A stretch of DNA of 64,000 nucleotides from an uncultured Gammaproteobacteria bacterium. GTDB lineage: Bacteria; Pseudomonadota; Gammaproteobacteria; Pseudomonadales; JAHEGP01. Numbering within the stretch: position 1 is the first letter of the stretch; every line of letters begins with the position of its first letter. The notes beneath the pieces were generated by a model, which worked only from the letters and a program-made list of their open reading frames with translations, was not told where the DNA came from and did not search any database. The position numbers and the translations under genes are program-made. Positions 1-10,157 of this stretch are shown in pieces. The stretch lies in contig CAVVVC010000009.1 in the NCBI GenBank assembly GCA_963751595.1, forward strand, positions 20,562-84,561, given 5' to 3'.

Positions 1-368
1 TCCGGATCCATCAGGCCCCGGACGATCAGGCCACCGGCATCGAGTATGCCCGAGCGGAGCTTTTCGACACTCAGTTCTGCGGCCTCGATTTCTGGCAAGC
101 CTCGATAACCCCGGTATTCGCCGTTGGTCTCGGGGGGCCAACTGATGGCGGGAGCCGGCCATTGCATGGCACGGAAGGACTCGATCCGCAGGTCTACCAG
201 GCGCTGTTCCAGGTGTTTGTTGCGTTGTTTCCGATTGGCGCTGGCCAGCAGCTCAATGGCACTACGGTAATCCTTGTTTTGCACCGCAAGATTGGCAGCA
301 TTCAATGTCTGCATAATTTCTGCTGTTGGCGTTTCGTCTGCTGCGGCTGTGGTCTGTTCAATGGCCAT
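1..368 (-). CDS. N-terminal part of a gene running off the window; possibly phytanoyl-CoA dioxygenase-like (2OG-Fe(II)) protein
   Basis: Not in the ORF track. Manual translation from ATG at 368 (GGAG upstream) is open to base 1: MAIEQTTAAADETPTAEIMQ...GLPEIEAAELSVEKLRSGILDAGGLIVRGLMDP. Family call is from recalled resemblance only. Confidence 0.5.
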   Translation of the reverse strand, partial: MAIEQTTAAADETPTAEIMQTLNAANLAVQNKDYRSAIELLASANRKQRNKHLEQRLVDLRIESFRAMQWPAPAISWPPETNGEYRGYRGLPEIEAAELSVEKLRSGILDAGGLIVRGLMDP

Positions 369-629
369 GGTTTGTCTCCGTTGGCGTGAAACGTTTGATT
401 CTGTGTCGACTGAAGTTGTAACCAACTCGTTGCGGCTCGGATGGGCTGGGATCTTATAGATTCTGCGAAAAAGCTTAAACGCGCTGCCAGGCAAAAGCAA
501 TTGTGGGCAACCTTGGCAGCAAGCCGATTGATAGAGTGGATTTATGGAAAATCATCACACTGGGCACCGCGACATCGAATGCGAGTCCCTGGTCAGGCCA
601 GCCCAGCACCAGATTCCAGGCTTACAACA

Positions 630-2512
630 CTATTGCGCGCACAGACCCGCTTGAATTGTATCAACGCCATTGCCAATTTTAGTGCTCTCGGTGCCTGGCG
701 TAACCAGCCTCTCATTTAGCATTAATGGCTTCCCAAGTTGGCCCTGGTAGATGCGCTTTCCACTTGCGTCAGCGCCTAGATAGGTGGGTTCGAGAAAGTC
801 GTCGGGGGGGAGGCCGAAATTGCTGCTCTCCAACTGCGCAACCCTTTCGGCATTGATAAAGACTTCTATCACCGCGCGTTTCGATTTCCGGTACAGCACG
901 AGATCCCCGAAGTGAGAAGCAACAATGACCGCGGAACATCGGCCCCTCGGTGGCGCCGGCGCTTCAAGCTGCAGTCCTTGTACGGTCAGGTAAAGCGTGT
1001 CGCCAATCTGGCGCAGCTGCCACTGTTCTGGCTGCAGGGCAATAACCTGCTCATCCCCTGTTTGTTGCTCATCCGGGGTCAGGCCGATGGCGAAGGTATG
1101 GCCCGCAAAGCCCGGCGCTCGTTCAAATGACTCGCCTTTTACCTGCCCTCTACCACGCTCATCGAGTGGCTCGTAGACCAGGTCGACCCGGCGCTGTTGC
1201 TGTCTCCAGTTGAGAAAATCCGCGTGCAGTTGCGCCATTATGCCGGGGTGGCGCGTCGCGACATCCTGATCTCCCGCAGGCCGTGCGTGGAGGTCGTAGA
1301 ACTTTGGTGGGCCAATGATGTCCTGAGTCATTCGCCAGCGGCCATCGGCAGAGAGGGCGGACCAACTGTGATACTGCGAATTGCCAGACTCCCAGTACAT
1401 AGCCGGTCGGCTTTGTTGCGGATTGTGCACCAGGTCCACCAGGTCGCTCCCATCCAGGCCCGGGGGTATTGCGGCGCCCGCTGCCGTAGCCAGGGTCGGC
1501 AAATAGTCGAGGTTGGAAACAACGCCATCGTGAACATGTGCCGCCGGGTTACTTTATCAGGCCAGCGAATAATCATGGGCGTGCGCACTCCGCCCTCATA
1601 AAAACTGGCTTTGGTACCAAAATACGGCGCGTTGTTGTCGATCTGTTTATTGGTGCCGCCATTGTCGCTGGCGACGATGACCAGGGTATTCCCGCTAAGG
1701 CCTTTTTCGTCGAGCTGGCACAATACCCGGCCCACGTTGTAATCTACCTGTTCCACAAGGCCCGATAGTGGCCAGGCGGCGTGTCGGGATACCGTGCAGG
1801 CGAATTCAGCCATTGGCTCGATGGCGTTATGCGGGGCATAGGTCCAGAAATTTAAAAACCAGGGTTGTCTGCCGGCGAGCGCTGCTCGATAAAGTCAACC
1901 GCCCGGTCAGCCAGAATGGCACTCAGATGCCCCTTGTCGGGGCGGTGGAACCTGTTCGTTTTCCTGCAGCCAGGGGTTGTGGTAGGTGGGGCGGTTGAAA
2001 GCCCATGTGCCGTTTTGTATCGGGTTTCGCATCAAAAACTGATTGAGGAAGCCGAAAAACGTGTCAAAGCCCTGGGCATTGGGCCATGCCAGCCGTGAGG
2101 CAAACCCCATATGCCACTTGCCGATATGGTGGGTGCTATAGCCGGCATCCCGGAGCACTTCGGGCAGCGTTATCAGCTCAGGGGAAATCCCCAGATTATC
2201 CGGCCGGAAGCCGTGGCGAGCGGGAGGCGTGCCAGTGATGGCGCCGATCCGGGTCGCCGTGCAGGTGCTGTCGGTGTAGTGGCGGGTAAAGCGAACGCCC
2301 TCGCTGGCGAGCTGGTCCAGATAGGGCGTTTTAATCGCCCCGTTGCCGTTGGCGCCGAGGTCGTTGAAGCCCAGATCGTCCAGCAATATCAGGATGATAT
2401 TCGGTTTTTTTAAGCCAGCAGGGCGGCTGGCATCGTTTTGCTCGGGGGCACAGGCCGTCAACAGCGCCGCTGTCACCAGCAGGCCCAGCAGCGCGGGGCG
2501 CGTGCCCTGCAT
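630..2512 (-). pseudogene. Arylsulfatase-family lipoprotein with C-terminal LamG-like domain, broken by several frameshifts (pseudogene or assembly errors)
   Basis: Lipobox LLTAC, PNIILILLDDLG, catalytic CTATR, GKWHMG, SDNGG and GTKASFYEGGVRTP are spread over ORFs 1907-2545, 1328-1813 and 630-1502. ATG at 2512 has AGGA upstream. Confidence 0.85.
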
Positions 2513-2541
2513 CAGTCCTGCCGCTAGCAAAGCGTTGGGCC

Positions 2542-3339
2542 TCAAGCCTGGGCCGGTTTTGCCTTGCCCTGGCCGCCCTTACCGTGCTCGCCTGGCTTGC
2601 CCACATCCAGTTTGAAGCGTTTCACCTGGCGGCGCAATTCGAGGAAATGGCTGGCGTGGACATAGAATTGCTTCAGCCGCTGCTGTTCTTCGGGGTCCTT
2701 CGAAAACAGCAATTGCAGCAACTGCTGATCGGGGGTCGCGCCGCCGGGTTTGCGTATGACGCCAAGGCCAAAGCCGTGGTCAAAACGAAAGTTGTCCTCG
2801 GTCCTGGCCTGTAATTCCTCAAAAAATTTCCATGCGCCGAAGTCCTTGATCTTTGCCATTACGTCGTGGAAGAGAATGATGCCCCCCGGCTTTACCTTGG
2901 GGTACCAGGTTTCGAAGTCTTCCTTGACGGCATCGTAGGTATGCAGGCCGTCGATATGCAGCAAATCGATGGAGTCGTCCTCGAAGTGCTGCAGGGCTTC
3001 CTGGAAATACATCTTCAGCAGGTAGCTTGTGCCCCGGTAATACTCCCGGGAGTGTTCCTGCACGCTCTTGTAGATGGAGTCGTCGTAGGCATCGGTATGG
3101 TCGTCACCCTCCCAGCAGTCGACGGCATAGGCAACGCCGTCGATATCGTTTTCCTGCATCGATTGGCAGAAGGTAAAAAAGGAGAGGCCGTTGTAGACGC
3201 CCAACTCGACGACCAGCCCGGGGCGAATCGCCTCGACGATATCGTAGGCAAAGGGTAGGTGATCGACCCAGGTGCTGAACACCATGCGCCGCGGTTGGAA
3301 GCGTTGCAGTGAAGGCGGAAAGTAAATATTGCTGGTCAT
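2542..3339 (-). CDS. Class I SAM-dependent methyltransferase (Methyltransf_24-like), glycan-associated
   Basis: VELGVYNGLS motif I, AVDCWEGD, IDLLHIDGLHTY, PGGIILFHD; start taken at MTSNIYF. Confidence 0.88.
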   Translation of the reverse strand: MTSNIYFPPSLQRFQPRRMVFSTWVDHLPFAYDIVEAIRPGLVVELGVYNGLSFFTFCQSMQENDIDGVAYAVDCWEGDDHTDAYDDSIYKSVQEHSREYYRGTSYLLKMYFQEALQHFEDDSIDLLHIDGLHTYDAVKEDFETWYPKVKPGGIILFHDVMAKIKDFGAWKFFEELQARTEDNFRFDHGFGLGVIRKPGGATPDQQLLQLLFSKDPEEQQRLKQFYVHASHFLELRRQVKRFKLDVGKPGEHGKGGQGKAKPAQA

Positions 3340-3340
3340 A

Positions 3341-4342
3341 TCAGTGAGTTCCCATTGCGTTGTCGTCATCCGGTTCGGACGCCGGGTCATCTTCCCAGGC
3401 CGGAAGTCCGAGATGTCTGAGCCGATTAAACCTGAGCTGTGCCTTGTTTGCGGAAAGCTGCAGATAGGGGAGCGCTTGGGGTGAAACGGTACCCAGGAGT
3501 ACCGGCTCGCGCCGCAGCGCGTGAAAATTGTCGTTCCATATCGCTTGTAGTTGGGCCCGGTGTTGCTCCCGCTCGGTGTTGACTTCACTGTGGCCGGAAG
3601 TGGTTACCCCACCATGGTACTGGTGAAACGAGCCCTCGCCGGGGAGCACCACGAGCTGGCTTTGGGGCAACAGGCCGAGGCTGCGAAACATGTGCAGGTT
3701 GATTGCGCCGCCACCGCGCAGGTCGAAGCGCGGGTCGGCAAAGCCGATCTCGCGGAAACTGCGCATCGGGGCGAACAGGCAATTGCATTCCATGATGGGT
3801 TGCAGGTAGCCATTGGGGTTGGCGCCAGAAATGCTCGATATGTCGAACAATTGATAACCGTTCTCGCGCCAATCGATGCCGGCCAGCAGCGTTTCTTCCA
3901 CGGCTTCGCAGTAGCCTTCCAGCGCGCTCTCGTTCTGTGGCTTGCTGCCGAGCTGGTATCCCGGGATTGCGGTGAGGGCATCGGCATACATGCGCTGGGC
4001 CATCAGCACGTGGTGAATGATGCCGGGGGTCACCATTCGTGCCCCGTCGATAATCAAGCCGACGATCTCGCCGCGGCATTGCTCGAAGGCAAAATTCATC
4101 GCCGGGACCGGTGTCGCGGCAGTTTCCTGGCGGCGGAAAAAGCGGAAGTTGGCGCCAAGATCCGGCAACAGCGACTCATCGAAATTATCGCTTGAGGCGT
4201 TTTCCACCACTACCACTTCGTAATCGTCTTCACCCACCCCCCGCTGATAGGCACTGGACAAGGTGTACAGGGTATTGGCGAGCTGGCGCGCCATCTTGTA
4301 GCCGATGACAATAATCGAAAGCAGGGGTTTCGCTGTCGGCAC
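3341..4342 (-). CDS. Glycosyltransferase family 2 (GT-A)
   Basis: LLSIIVIGY, YEVVVVENASSD, IIDGAR, EGSFHQYHGG. Confidence 0.82.
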   Translation of the reverse strand: MPTAKPLLSIIVIGYKMARQLANTLYTLSSAYQRGVGEDDYEVVVVENASSDNFDESLLPDLGANFRFFRRQETAATPVPAMNFAFEQCRGEIVGLIIDGARMVTPGIIHHVLMAQRMYADALTAIPGYQLGSKPQNESALEGYCEAVEETLLAGIDWRENGYQLFDISSISGANPNGYLQPIMECNCLFAPMRSFREIGFADPRFDLRGGGAINLHMFRSLGLLPQSQLVVLPGEGSFHQYHGGVTTSGHSEVNTEREQHRAQLQAIWNDNFHALRREPVLLGTVSPQALPYLQLSANKAQLRFNRLRHLGLPAWEDDPASEPDDDNAMGTH

Positions 4343-4808
4343 TTTTATCCGCTCCCATGCTGTTGGCGGTGATCCACGCCCTTCGACGGGGTATCCGTCC
4401 GGTGATGGAGGTAAAAGCAGCGCAAAACGGTGTAAAACCTCGCCTGGTATTCAGTCACTGAAAAAGTCGTCGGCTCGGCGCCCGGGGAATGCGACCATAA
4501 AGCCTGAGTTCATGGCGCTGTTCCTGCCACCAATCACGCGGCGGTATTATGCCTTATGCGATTTTTAAGGTATACCGAGGGAGGCCAGATTAATGCCACG
4601 GGTGGCGCCTCGGAGGGGGCGGGCAACGTCGCACGGGCGCAAACGGTATTAGAAAACAGCGAAGTCGATTACAATCGGCGCTCCCAAATTGGCGGAGACT
4701 TGCAGGCAGTCGCGGGGCGACCCCAGCCGGGCTGAAATGGCAGCGAAGGGCGATCATCCGCGAGCGCGCAGGGCGGGAAATCAACATCGACGAGGGCAAG
4801 GGTAGAGT

Positions 4809-7800
4809 ATGAGCGAGTCTTCCAAGCGCGTCATTGTCGTCATCGGCATGCACCGCAGCGGCACCAGTGCCGTGACCCGTGGCCTGCAGTTGCTCGGCGT
4901 AGACCTTGGCGAAAGCTTGTTGCCGCCGGTACCCGGTGATAACGACAAGGGGTTCTGGGAGGACCAGGAGATCTATCGCCTCAACGAACAGGTTCTGGCC
5001 AGGCTCGGAACCTTCTGGCACGGCCTGGCGCCGATTTCAGAGCAGGACCTGCGATCGGCGGATCTGGATCAGGAGCGTGAAGCCGCGGTGAGCATACTCA
5101 CGGCGCGATTTGAAACCGCCGCCGTTTTCGGCTTCAAGGATCCCCGAACGTCAATCCTGCTGCCATTCTGGCAGTCGGTGTTCGAGGAAATGGGGGTTTC
5201 CGACGGCTATGTGTTTGCCATCAGAAATCCCCTCAGCGTGGCGGAATCCCTGCATCGGCGAAATACCATTGACCGCGAGAAAGCGCTCTGCCTGTGGGTG
5301 AAATACACCCTGGAGGCTGTTCGCTACACCCACGGCAAGCCTACGGTGCTGGTTGACTTCGACCTGTTGCTGGATGACCCTCTGCGGCATTTGCAGCGCA
5401 TTGCCCGGGGTTTGAGCCTGCAACCCTGTGACCCCGACAGCGTCGAAGCCCAGGACTACGTTGGTAGCTTTTTGTCCAAGTCCCTGCGCCGCAGCCAGCA
5501 CGGCCTGGACGGCGATGCCCTGCAATTCCGGGCACCGGGCTTGCCGAGGGAGCTTTATACCAGTCTGTTGCGGTCCGCTGACGACGAGGGGGGATTCGAC
5601 GATTATCGCAGCGCGGCCGTCTGGGGAGAGGCCGAGAAGGAGTTTTCCCGCTACCCGGACCTGTTCCAGTACGTCGACCGCACCGTTGCCAGCGCCGAAC
5701 GGGCCGAGCTAGCGGCAAAAGACGCGCAAAAACTCCAGGCGCTGGCGGAAAAGCGCCAGCAGGCGAGTGAGGAGCAACAGAAAAAGGTCGACGAGCGCTA
5801 CGCCGACCTGGCCGAGCGTCACAAGGCGCTGGTCGCGCGCAAGGACTCCCTGCGGTACAAACTTGCACAGCTGCTGCCCGCTGCCGAGGTCACCCAGGCC
5901 CAGCGCGCAGAGCAACAGGCCCGCAAATTACAGGCGCTGGCGGAGAAACGCCTGCAGGAGAGCAAGGAACAGCAGGAGCGGGTCAACCAACGCTACGCCG
6001 ATCTTTCCGAGCGCCACAAGGCCACGCTGGCGAGGCAGGAAGCACTGAAGCGCAAGCTCGCGGAGCTCGAGGCCGCGCAAAAATCCGCGCTGGGCGGTTT
6101 GAAGCTCGGGCAGGCTGGCGGTATTAAAGTGCAGGGCAAACAGCTTGCACGCAAGGTTTGGCATGCCGCGCCATTGAGCCTGGCCGACAAAATCAGGATT
6201 CGCAACGCCCTGTTTCGCTGGCTGCCGTCTCTGTTCTCAGGCACAGCATCCTACCGGATATGGGCTTCCGCCAAAGACCCGGCGCGCAGGTCGCAGCCGC
6301 CGGTAGCGGTCGCAGCCGCCCCTGCAGCCCGCGCAACGCCCGCCACCACGCCCCTGGCGGCCGCGGCCAGCCACCGCGGCGAAGTGCTGATCACCAGCTG
6401 GATGGCGGTGGAAGATCCCATGATCGACGGTCTTGTGTCTCTGGCGCAGGGTCTGGGGGAGCTGGGTATCAGCGCGACTTTCATTGGCAGTGTAGAGCTC
6501 TATCAGCGTCGGGGCTGGCCGTCCTGCATGCGCCATGGCCTGCTGTTGAGCGAGGCGAAGTACCCCGCGGTCACGACGCATTTGCCACTACCCACATGGA
6601 TCGAGCAGATCTACTCCACCGAGACACTTTGGCTACGTAATGCCGCCAACGAAATGCCCGCCGATAAAATCAGGGCCAAGTGCGACCAGGCTTTTCAGTA
6701 CTGGGCCCACCACTTCAACGACGCCAAACCATTGTATGTGCTGGTTTGGGGAACCTCGGCACCCCTCAGCCGGCTCCACCTGATGCTGTGTAAGACCCTG
6801 GGAATCCCGTACATGGTGCTGGAGCGTGGTCACTTTCTGGGCACCCTGCTGGTGGACTGTGTCGGGCATGCATTCAGCTCCGAAAAAATTCTGCGCCTGG
6901 CGGATGTCTGTCCCTCTGAGCCCGGTGATATGACGTCCATCCTGGCGTGGGAAAAGAGCGTCGATGAAAAAGTGCCCTATGACAGCTTCAACTCTGACAT
7001 CAGCAAAAAGCTGGGGCAAAAGCTGGCGACCACCGACAAGCGAATCGTCCTCTACATGGGCGCCAACGATGCCGGCTCCGGTTGCACCCGGGTGGCGCCC
7101 GACCCGGAACAGTGCTCATTCGTATTCAACAGTACCTTCAGTGCGGTGGCTGCCATTCACCGGTCTTTTGCCGAGCTGTTTCCCGACTGTATCCTGGTGA
7201 TCAAACAACACCCGGCTGACAAGAACGACTACGGGGTGTTCGCCGACGAGCAAACCTTGCTGGCCGAGGGCATGAATATCAACCAGTTGATCAAGCTGGC
7301 GGATATCTGCGTGTCCACTTCTACCACCGCATTCGCGAAATGCATCATCGAACGCAAGCCGATCGTGGCGTTGGCAGCCTCGGACATCTCGCTGAAGAAT
7401 ATTGCCTACGAGTGCAACGACCCGACTTCCATTCCGGTGATGATGCGCGCGGCCCTTGCCGGCGACGGTTTCGAACAGAAGTCCCGCAATGGTATGGCTT
7501 TCCTCTATCAGTTGTTCGATTCTTCACTGGTGGGGGTGGACGATAGTATTCCCACCCGACTCAAGATTCCGGATCTGACGCGGATGATTTACCGCCGGTT
7601 GGTGGCGATGACCAATCTGGCATCCAATCCGGTGCACAACAGGCAATATCCCGGCCGGGTGCTGGACGGCGGTGAAGCCCTGGACATCATCGTGCCGGTT
7701 TACCGGGATCTGGAGACGACTCGCCAGTGTCTCGACAGCCTGCTGGCGGCGCGGGGGGTCATTCAATACCGCATCGTTATCGTCAATGACCTGAGCCCCG

Positions 7801-8471
7801 AGCCTGACATGCACATCATGCTCCGCGAGTACGCGCTTCGCGACGGCGTGGTGTTACTGGAGAACCCGGTCAATCTCGGCTTCACCGGGGCGGTGAATAG
7901 GGGCTTGTCACAGTCTGCCGATCGCGATGTCATTGTTCTCAACAGCGACACAGTGGTAAGCAACGACTGGGCCGATCGCCTGTACCGCCACGCCCACAGC
8001 GCCAATAATATCGCCACGGTAACCCCGCTCTCCAACAACGCGTCCATTTTCAGCGTGCGGAATTTCCCCACTGGCTTTGATTTACCGGCGGACTTCGACA
8101 TTGCCGGGTATGACCGCGAGATGGCGGCCAACAATGCCGGGGCATCGGTTGAAGTTCCGGTGGGTCATGGTTTTTGCCTATTTATTAACCGGGCCTGTAT
8201 CGATAGGGTAGGCTTCCTCGATCAGGTAAGCTTCGGCAAGGGCTACAGTGAGGAAGTCGATTTTTGCCTGCGAGCGCGGAAATACGGCTTCGTCCACCTG
8301 TGCGCTGTCGATACCTTTGTCGCCCACGTCGGCGGCGTCAGTTTTCAGGATACCGGTGACAGCCAGCGGCAGAAAAACCGCCAGGTCATCGAACAGAAGT
8401 ACCCGGGTTATTTTGCTGAAATCAGTGCCTTTATCCACCAGGACCCCATCGCCGACTACCGCCTGCCCTAG
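4809..8471 (+). CDS. Multidomain glycan synthase: sulfotransferase-like P-loop domain + coiled coil + KpsS/Capsule_synth-like domain + GT2
   Basis: GMHRSGTS and FKDPRT at the N-terminus; duplicated helical segment 5690-6080; YMVLERGH and LVIKQHPAD (KpsS-like); DIIVPVY, VNDLS, NLGFTGAVN, LNSD and GYSEEVDFCLR (GT2). Confidence 0.85.
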   Translation: MSESSKRVIVVIGMHRSGTSAVTRGLQLLGVDLGESLLPPVPGDNDKGFWEDQEIYRLNEQVLARLGTFWHGLAPISEQDLRSADLDQEREAAVSILTARFETAAVFGFKDPRTSILLPFWQSVFEEMGVSDGYVFAIRNPLSVAESLHRRNTIDREKALCLWVKYTLEAVRYTHGKPTVLVDFDLLLDDPLRHLQRIARGLSLQPCDPDSVEAQDYVGSFLSKSLRRSQHGLDGDALQFRAPGLPRELYTSLLRSADDEGGFDDYRSAAVWGEAEKEFSRYPDLFQYVDRTVASAERAELAAKDAQKLQALAEKRQQASEEQQKKVDERYADLAERHKALVARKDSLRYKLAQLLPAAEVTQAQRAEQQARKLQALAEKRLQESKEQQERVNQRYADLSERHKATLARQEALKRKLAELEAAQKSALGGLKLGQAGGIKVQGKQLARKVWHAAPLSLADKIRIRNALFRWLPSLFSGTASYRIWASAKDPARRSQPPVAVAAAPAARATPATTPLAAAASHRGEVLITSWMAVEDPMIDGLVSLAQGLGELGISATFIGSVELYQRRGWPSCMRHGLLLSEAKYPAVTTHLPLPTWIEQIYSTETLWLRNAANEMPADKIRAKCDQAFQYWAHHFNDAKPLYVLVWGTSAPLSRLHLMLCKTLGIPYMVLERGHFLGTLLVDCVGHAFSSEKILRLADVCPSEPGDMTSILAWEKSVDEKVPYDSFNSDISKKLGQKLATTDKRIVLYMGANDAGSGCTRVAPDPEQCSFVFNSTFSAVAAIHRSFAELFPDCILVIKQHPADKNDYGVFADEQTLLAEGMNINQLIKLADICVSTSTTAFAKCIIERKPIVALAASDISLKNIAYECNDPTSIPVMMRAALAGDGFEQKSRNGMAFLYQLFDSSLVGVDDSIPTRLKIPDLTRMIYRRLVAMTNLASNPVHNRQYPGRVLDGGEALDIIVPVYRDLETTRQCLDSLLAARGVIQYRIVIVNDLSPEPDMHIMLREYALRDGVVLLENPVNLGFTGAVNRGLSQSADRDVIVLNSDTVVSNDWADRLYRHAHSANNIATVTPLSNNASIFSVRNFPTGFDLPADFDIAGYDREMAANNAGASVEVPVGHGFCLFINRACIDRVGFLDQVSFGKGYSEEVDFCLRARKYGFVHLCAVDTFVAHVGGVSFQDTGDSQRQKNRQVIEQKYPGYFAEISAFIHQDPIADYRLP
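5700..6075 (+). repeat. Intragenic tandem duplication, 195-bp (65-aa) period, encoding coiled coil
   Basis: KLQALAEKRQQASEEQQKKVDERYADLAERHKA at 5730 versus KLQALAEKRLQESKEQQERVNQRYADLSERHKA at 5925. Confidence 0.9.
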
Positions 8472-8516
8472 GGCCCGCGGGTATCACGTCGGCACGGGGT
8501 GTATTGAGAGCCAACC

Positions 8517-10157
8517 ATGAACAAAGCGATTGATCCATCCAGGCAACGTTTACTCGACTGCACCTTGCGGGATGGCGGTTACTACAACAAGTGGGACTTT
8601 GATCCCGCTATCGTTCAAAGCTACCTGCAGGCGGTCGCTACATCGGGCATCGAATTCGTTGAGCTGGGTTTGCGCAACTTCCCCAAGGCCGGTTTCCTGG
8701 GACCCTTCGCCTATACCACGGAGTCTTTTATCAATCGCCTGGACCTGCCGCCGGGGCCGACCTACGGGGTGATGGTCGACGCCAAGACCCTGTTGAGTGC
8801 AAAAATGCCCGTCGAGGCAGCCATCGATGCACTGTTTATCGATGCGGCACAGAGTCCCCTGGGGCTGGTGCGGGTGGCCGCCCATTACCATGAAATCGAT
8901 GCCTGTGAAGCCATCGCCCGGGGCCTGAAGCAGAAGGGCTACCTGGTCGGCTTCAACCTGATGCAGTCCGGCGGTAAACCGGACCAGCTGATCGCTGATA
9001 AGGCTGCCCTGATTACCGGCTGGGAGGCGGTTGACACGCTGTACTTTGCCGATTCGCTGGGCAATATGGAGCGTGAAGAGGTACTGCGGATTGTCGCTGC
9101 GCTGCGCCGGGGCTGGCAGGGCGAACTCGGCATTCATGCCCACAACAATATGGGTATGGCGATCAGCAATACCCTCGTCGCGGCGGCAGCGGGTGTCAAC
9201 TGGCTGGATTGCACCATTACCGGGATGGGGCGGGGGGCCGGCAACGCCAAGACTGAAAACATGCTGGCGATACTCGATAAGGCCAACGCGGGCTATCAGC
9301 CAGCCCCGGTCTACGAGCTGGTGATCCGCCATTTCGAGGCGATGCAGCGTCACTATGGCTGGGGCGACAGCCTGCTGTATTTCCTTGGCGCGCAGAACAA
9401 CGTGCACCCCACCTATATCCAGACCCTGCTTTCCGACAGCCATTATGGTACCGATGAGATTGTCGGTGCGATTGCCTATCTGAACCAGCTGGAAACCAGC
9501 AGCTCCTACGACAACATGGTGTTGCAGAGCGCCCTGAGCATCTCCAAGAGCGATCAGCCGGTGAGCGGCTCGGATGACCTCATGCAATTGTTTAATGGTC
9601 GCGAGGTGATGATTCTGGGTAGTGGCGATTCGATGGAGCGCTACAAGGACGATATCGAGCAATATATTCGCGACCGCGCACCGGTGGTGATTTCTGTCAA
9701 CATCGGCTCCGCCGTCGATCCGGCTTTTATCGATTATTACTGCATCTCTCATAACACCAAGTTTCTTTCCGAGAGCGGGCTGTACTCCTGCATTGACAAG
9801 CCCTCGATTCTCCCCCGGCATCGCTTCTCCAGCGAGGAGCTGGCGCAGATCAGCGACTCCATCGCAATTCTGGATTACGGGCTTGAAGTGGCCCGCGACC
9901 GATTCGAAATTGGCGCCAACCACTGTGTACTGCCCTTTGATCTGACCGCGGGTTACGCACTGGCACTGGCGGTCGCCGGCAACTGCGGGCAGATATCGAT
10001 TGTCGGCTTCGATGGCTACGATCGTGGCGATTACCGCCAGCTGGAAATGATCGAACTTCTGAGCCTGTTCAAGCAGACCTCGACTATTGCACCCGTGGCG
10101 CTGACGCCCACCAGTTACCCGGTTGAGCAGGGCTCGATTTATGCGCCCAATATCTGA
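8517..10157 (+). CDS. HMGL-like (DRE-TIM) aldolase with C-terminal Rossmann-like domain; probable ulosonic acid synthase
   Basis: LLDCTLRDGGY, GIHAHNN, GMGRGAGN; C-terminal ILGSGDS...ISVN...VGFDGY. Confidence 0.8.
   Translation: MNKAIDPSRQRLLDCTLRDGGYYNKWDFDPAIVQSYLQAVATSGIEFVELGLRNFPKAGFLGPFAYTTESFINRLDLPPGPTYGVMVDAKTLLSAKMPVEAAIDALFIDAAQSPLGLVRVAAHYHEIDACEAIARGLKQKGYLVGFNLMQSGGKPDQLIADKAALITGWEAVDTLYFADSLGNMEREEVLRIVAALRRGWQGELGIHAHNNMGMAISNTLVAAAAGVNWLDCTITGMGRGAGNAKTENMLAILDKANAGYQPAPVYELVIRHFEAMQRHYGWGDSLLYFLGAQNNVHPTYIQTLLSDSHYGTDEIVGAIAYLNQLETSSSYDNMVLQSALSISKSDQPVSGSDDLMQLFNGREVMILGSGDSMERYKDDIEQYIRDRAPVVISVNIGSAVDPAFIDYYCISHNTKFLSESGLYSCIDKPSILPRHRFSSEELAQISDSIAILDYGLEVARDRFEIGANHCVLPFDLTAGYALALAVAGNCGQISIVGFDGYDRGDYRQLEMIELLSLFKQTSTIAPVALTPTSYPVEQGSIYAPNI

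Noticed and set aside
8550-9923. 457-aa antisense ORF, and similar ones at 14055-15083, 19849-21606, 30557-31672, 36913-37968, 50332-51384 and 54065-55081
   Set aside because: Shadow ORFs opposite well-supported genes in GC-rich DNA, with no recognisable motifs.
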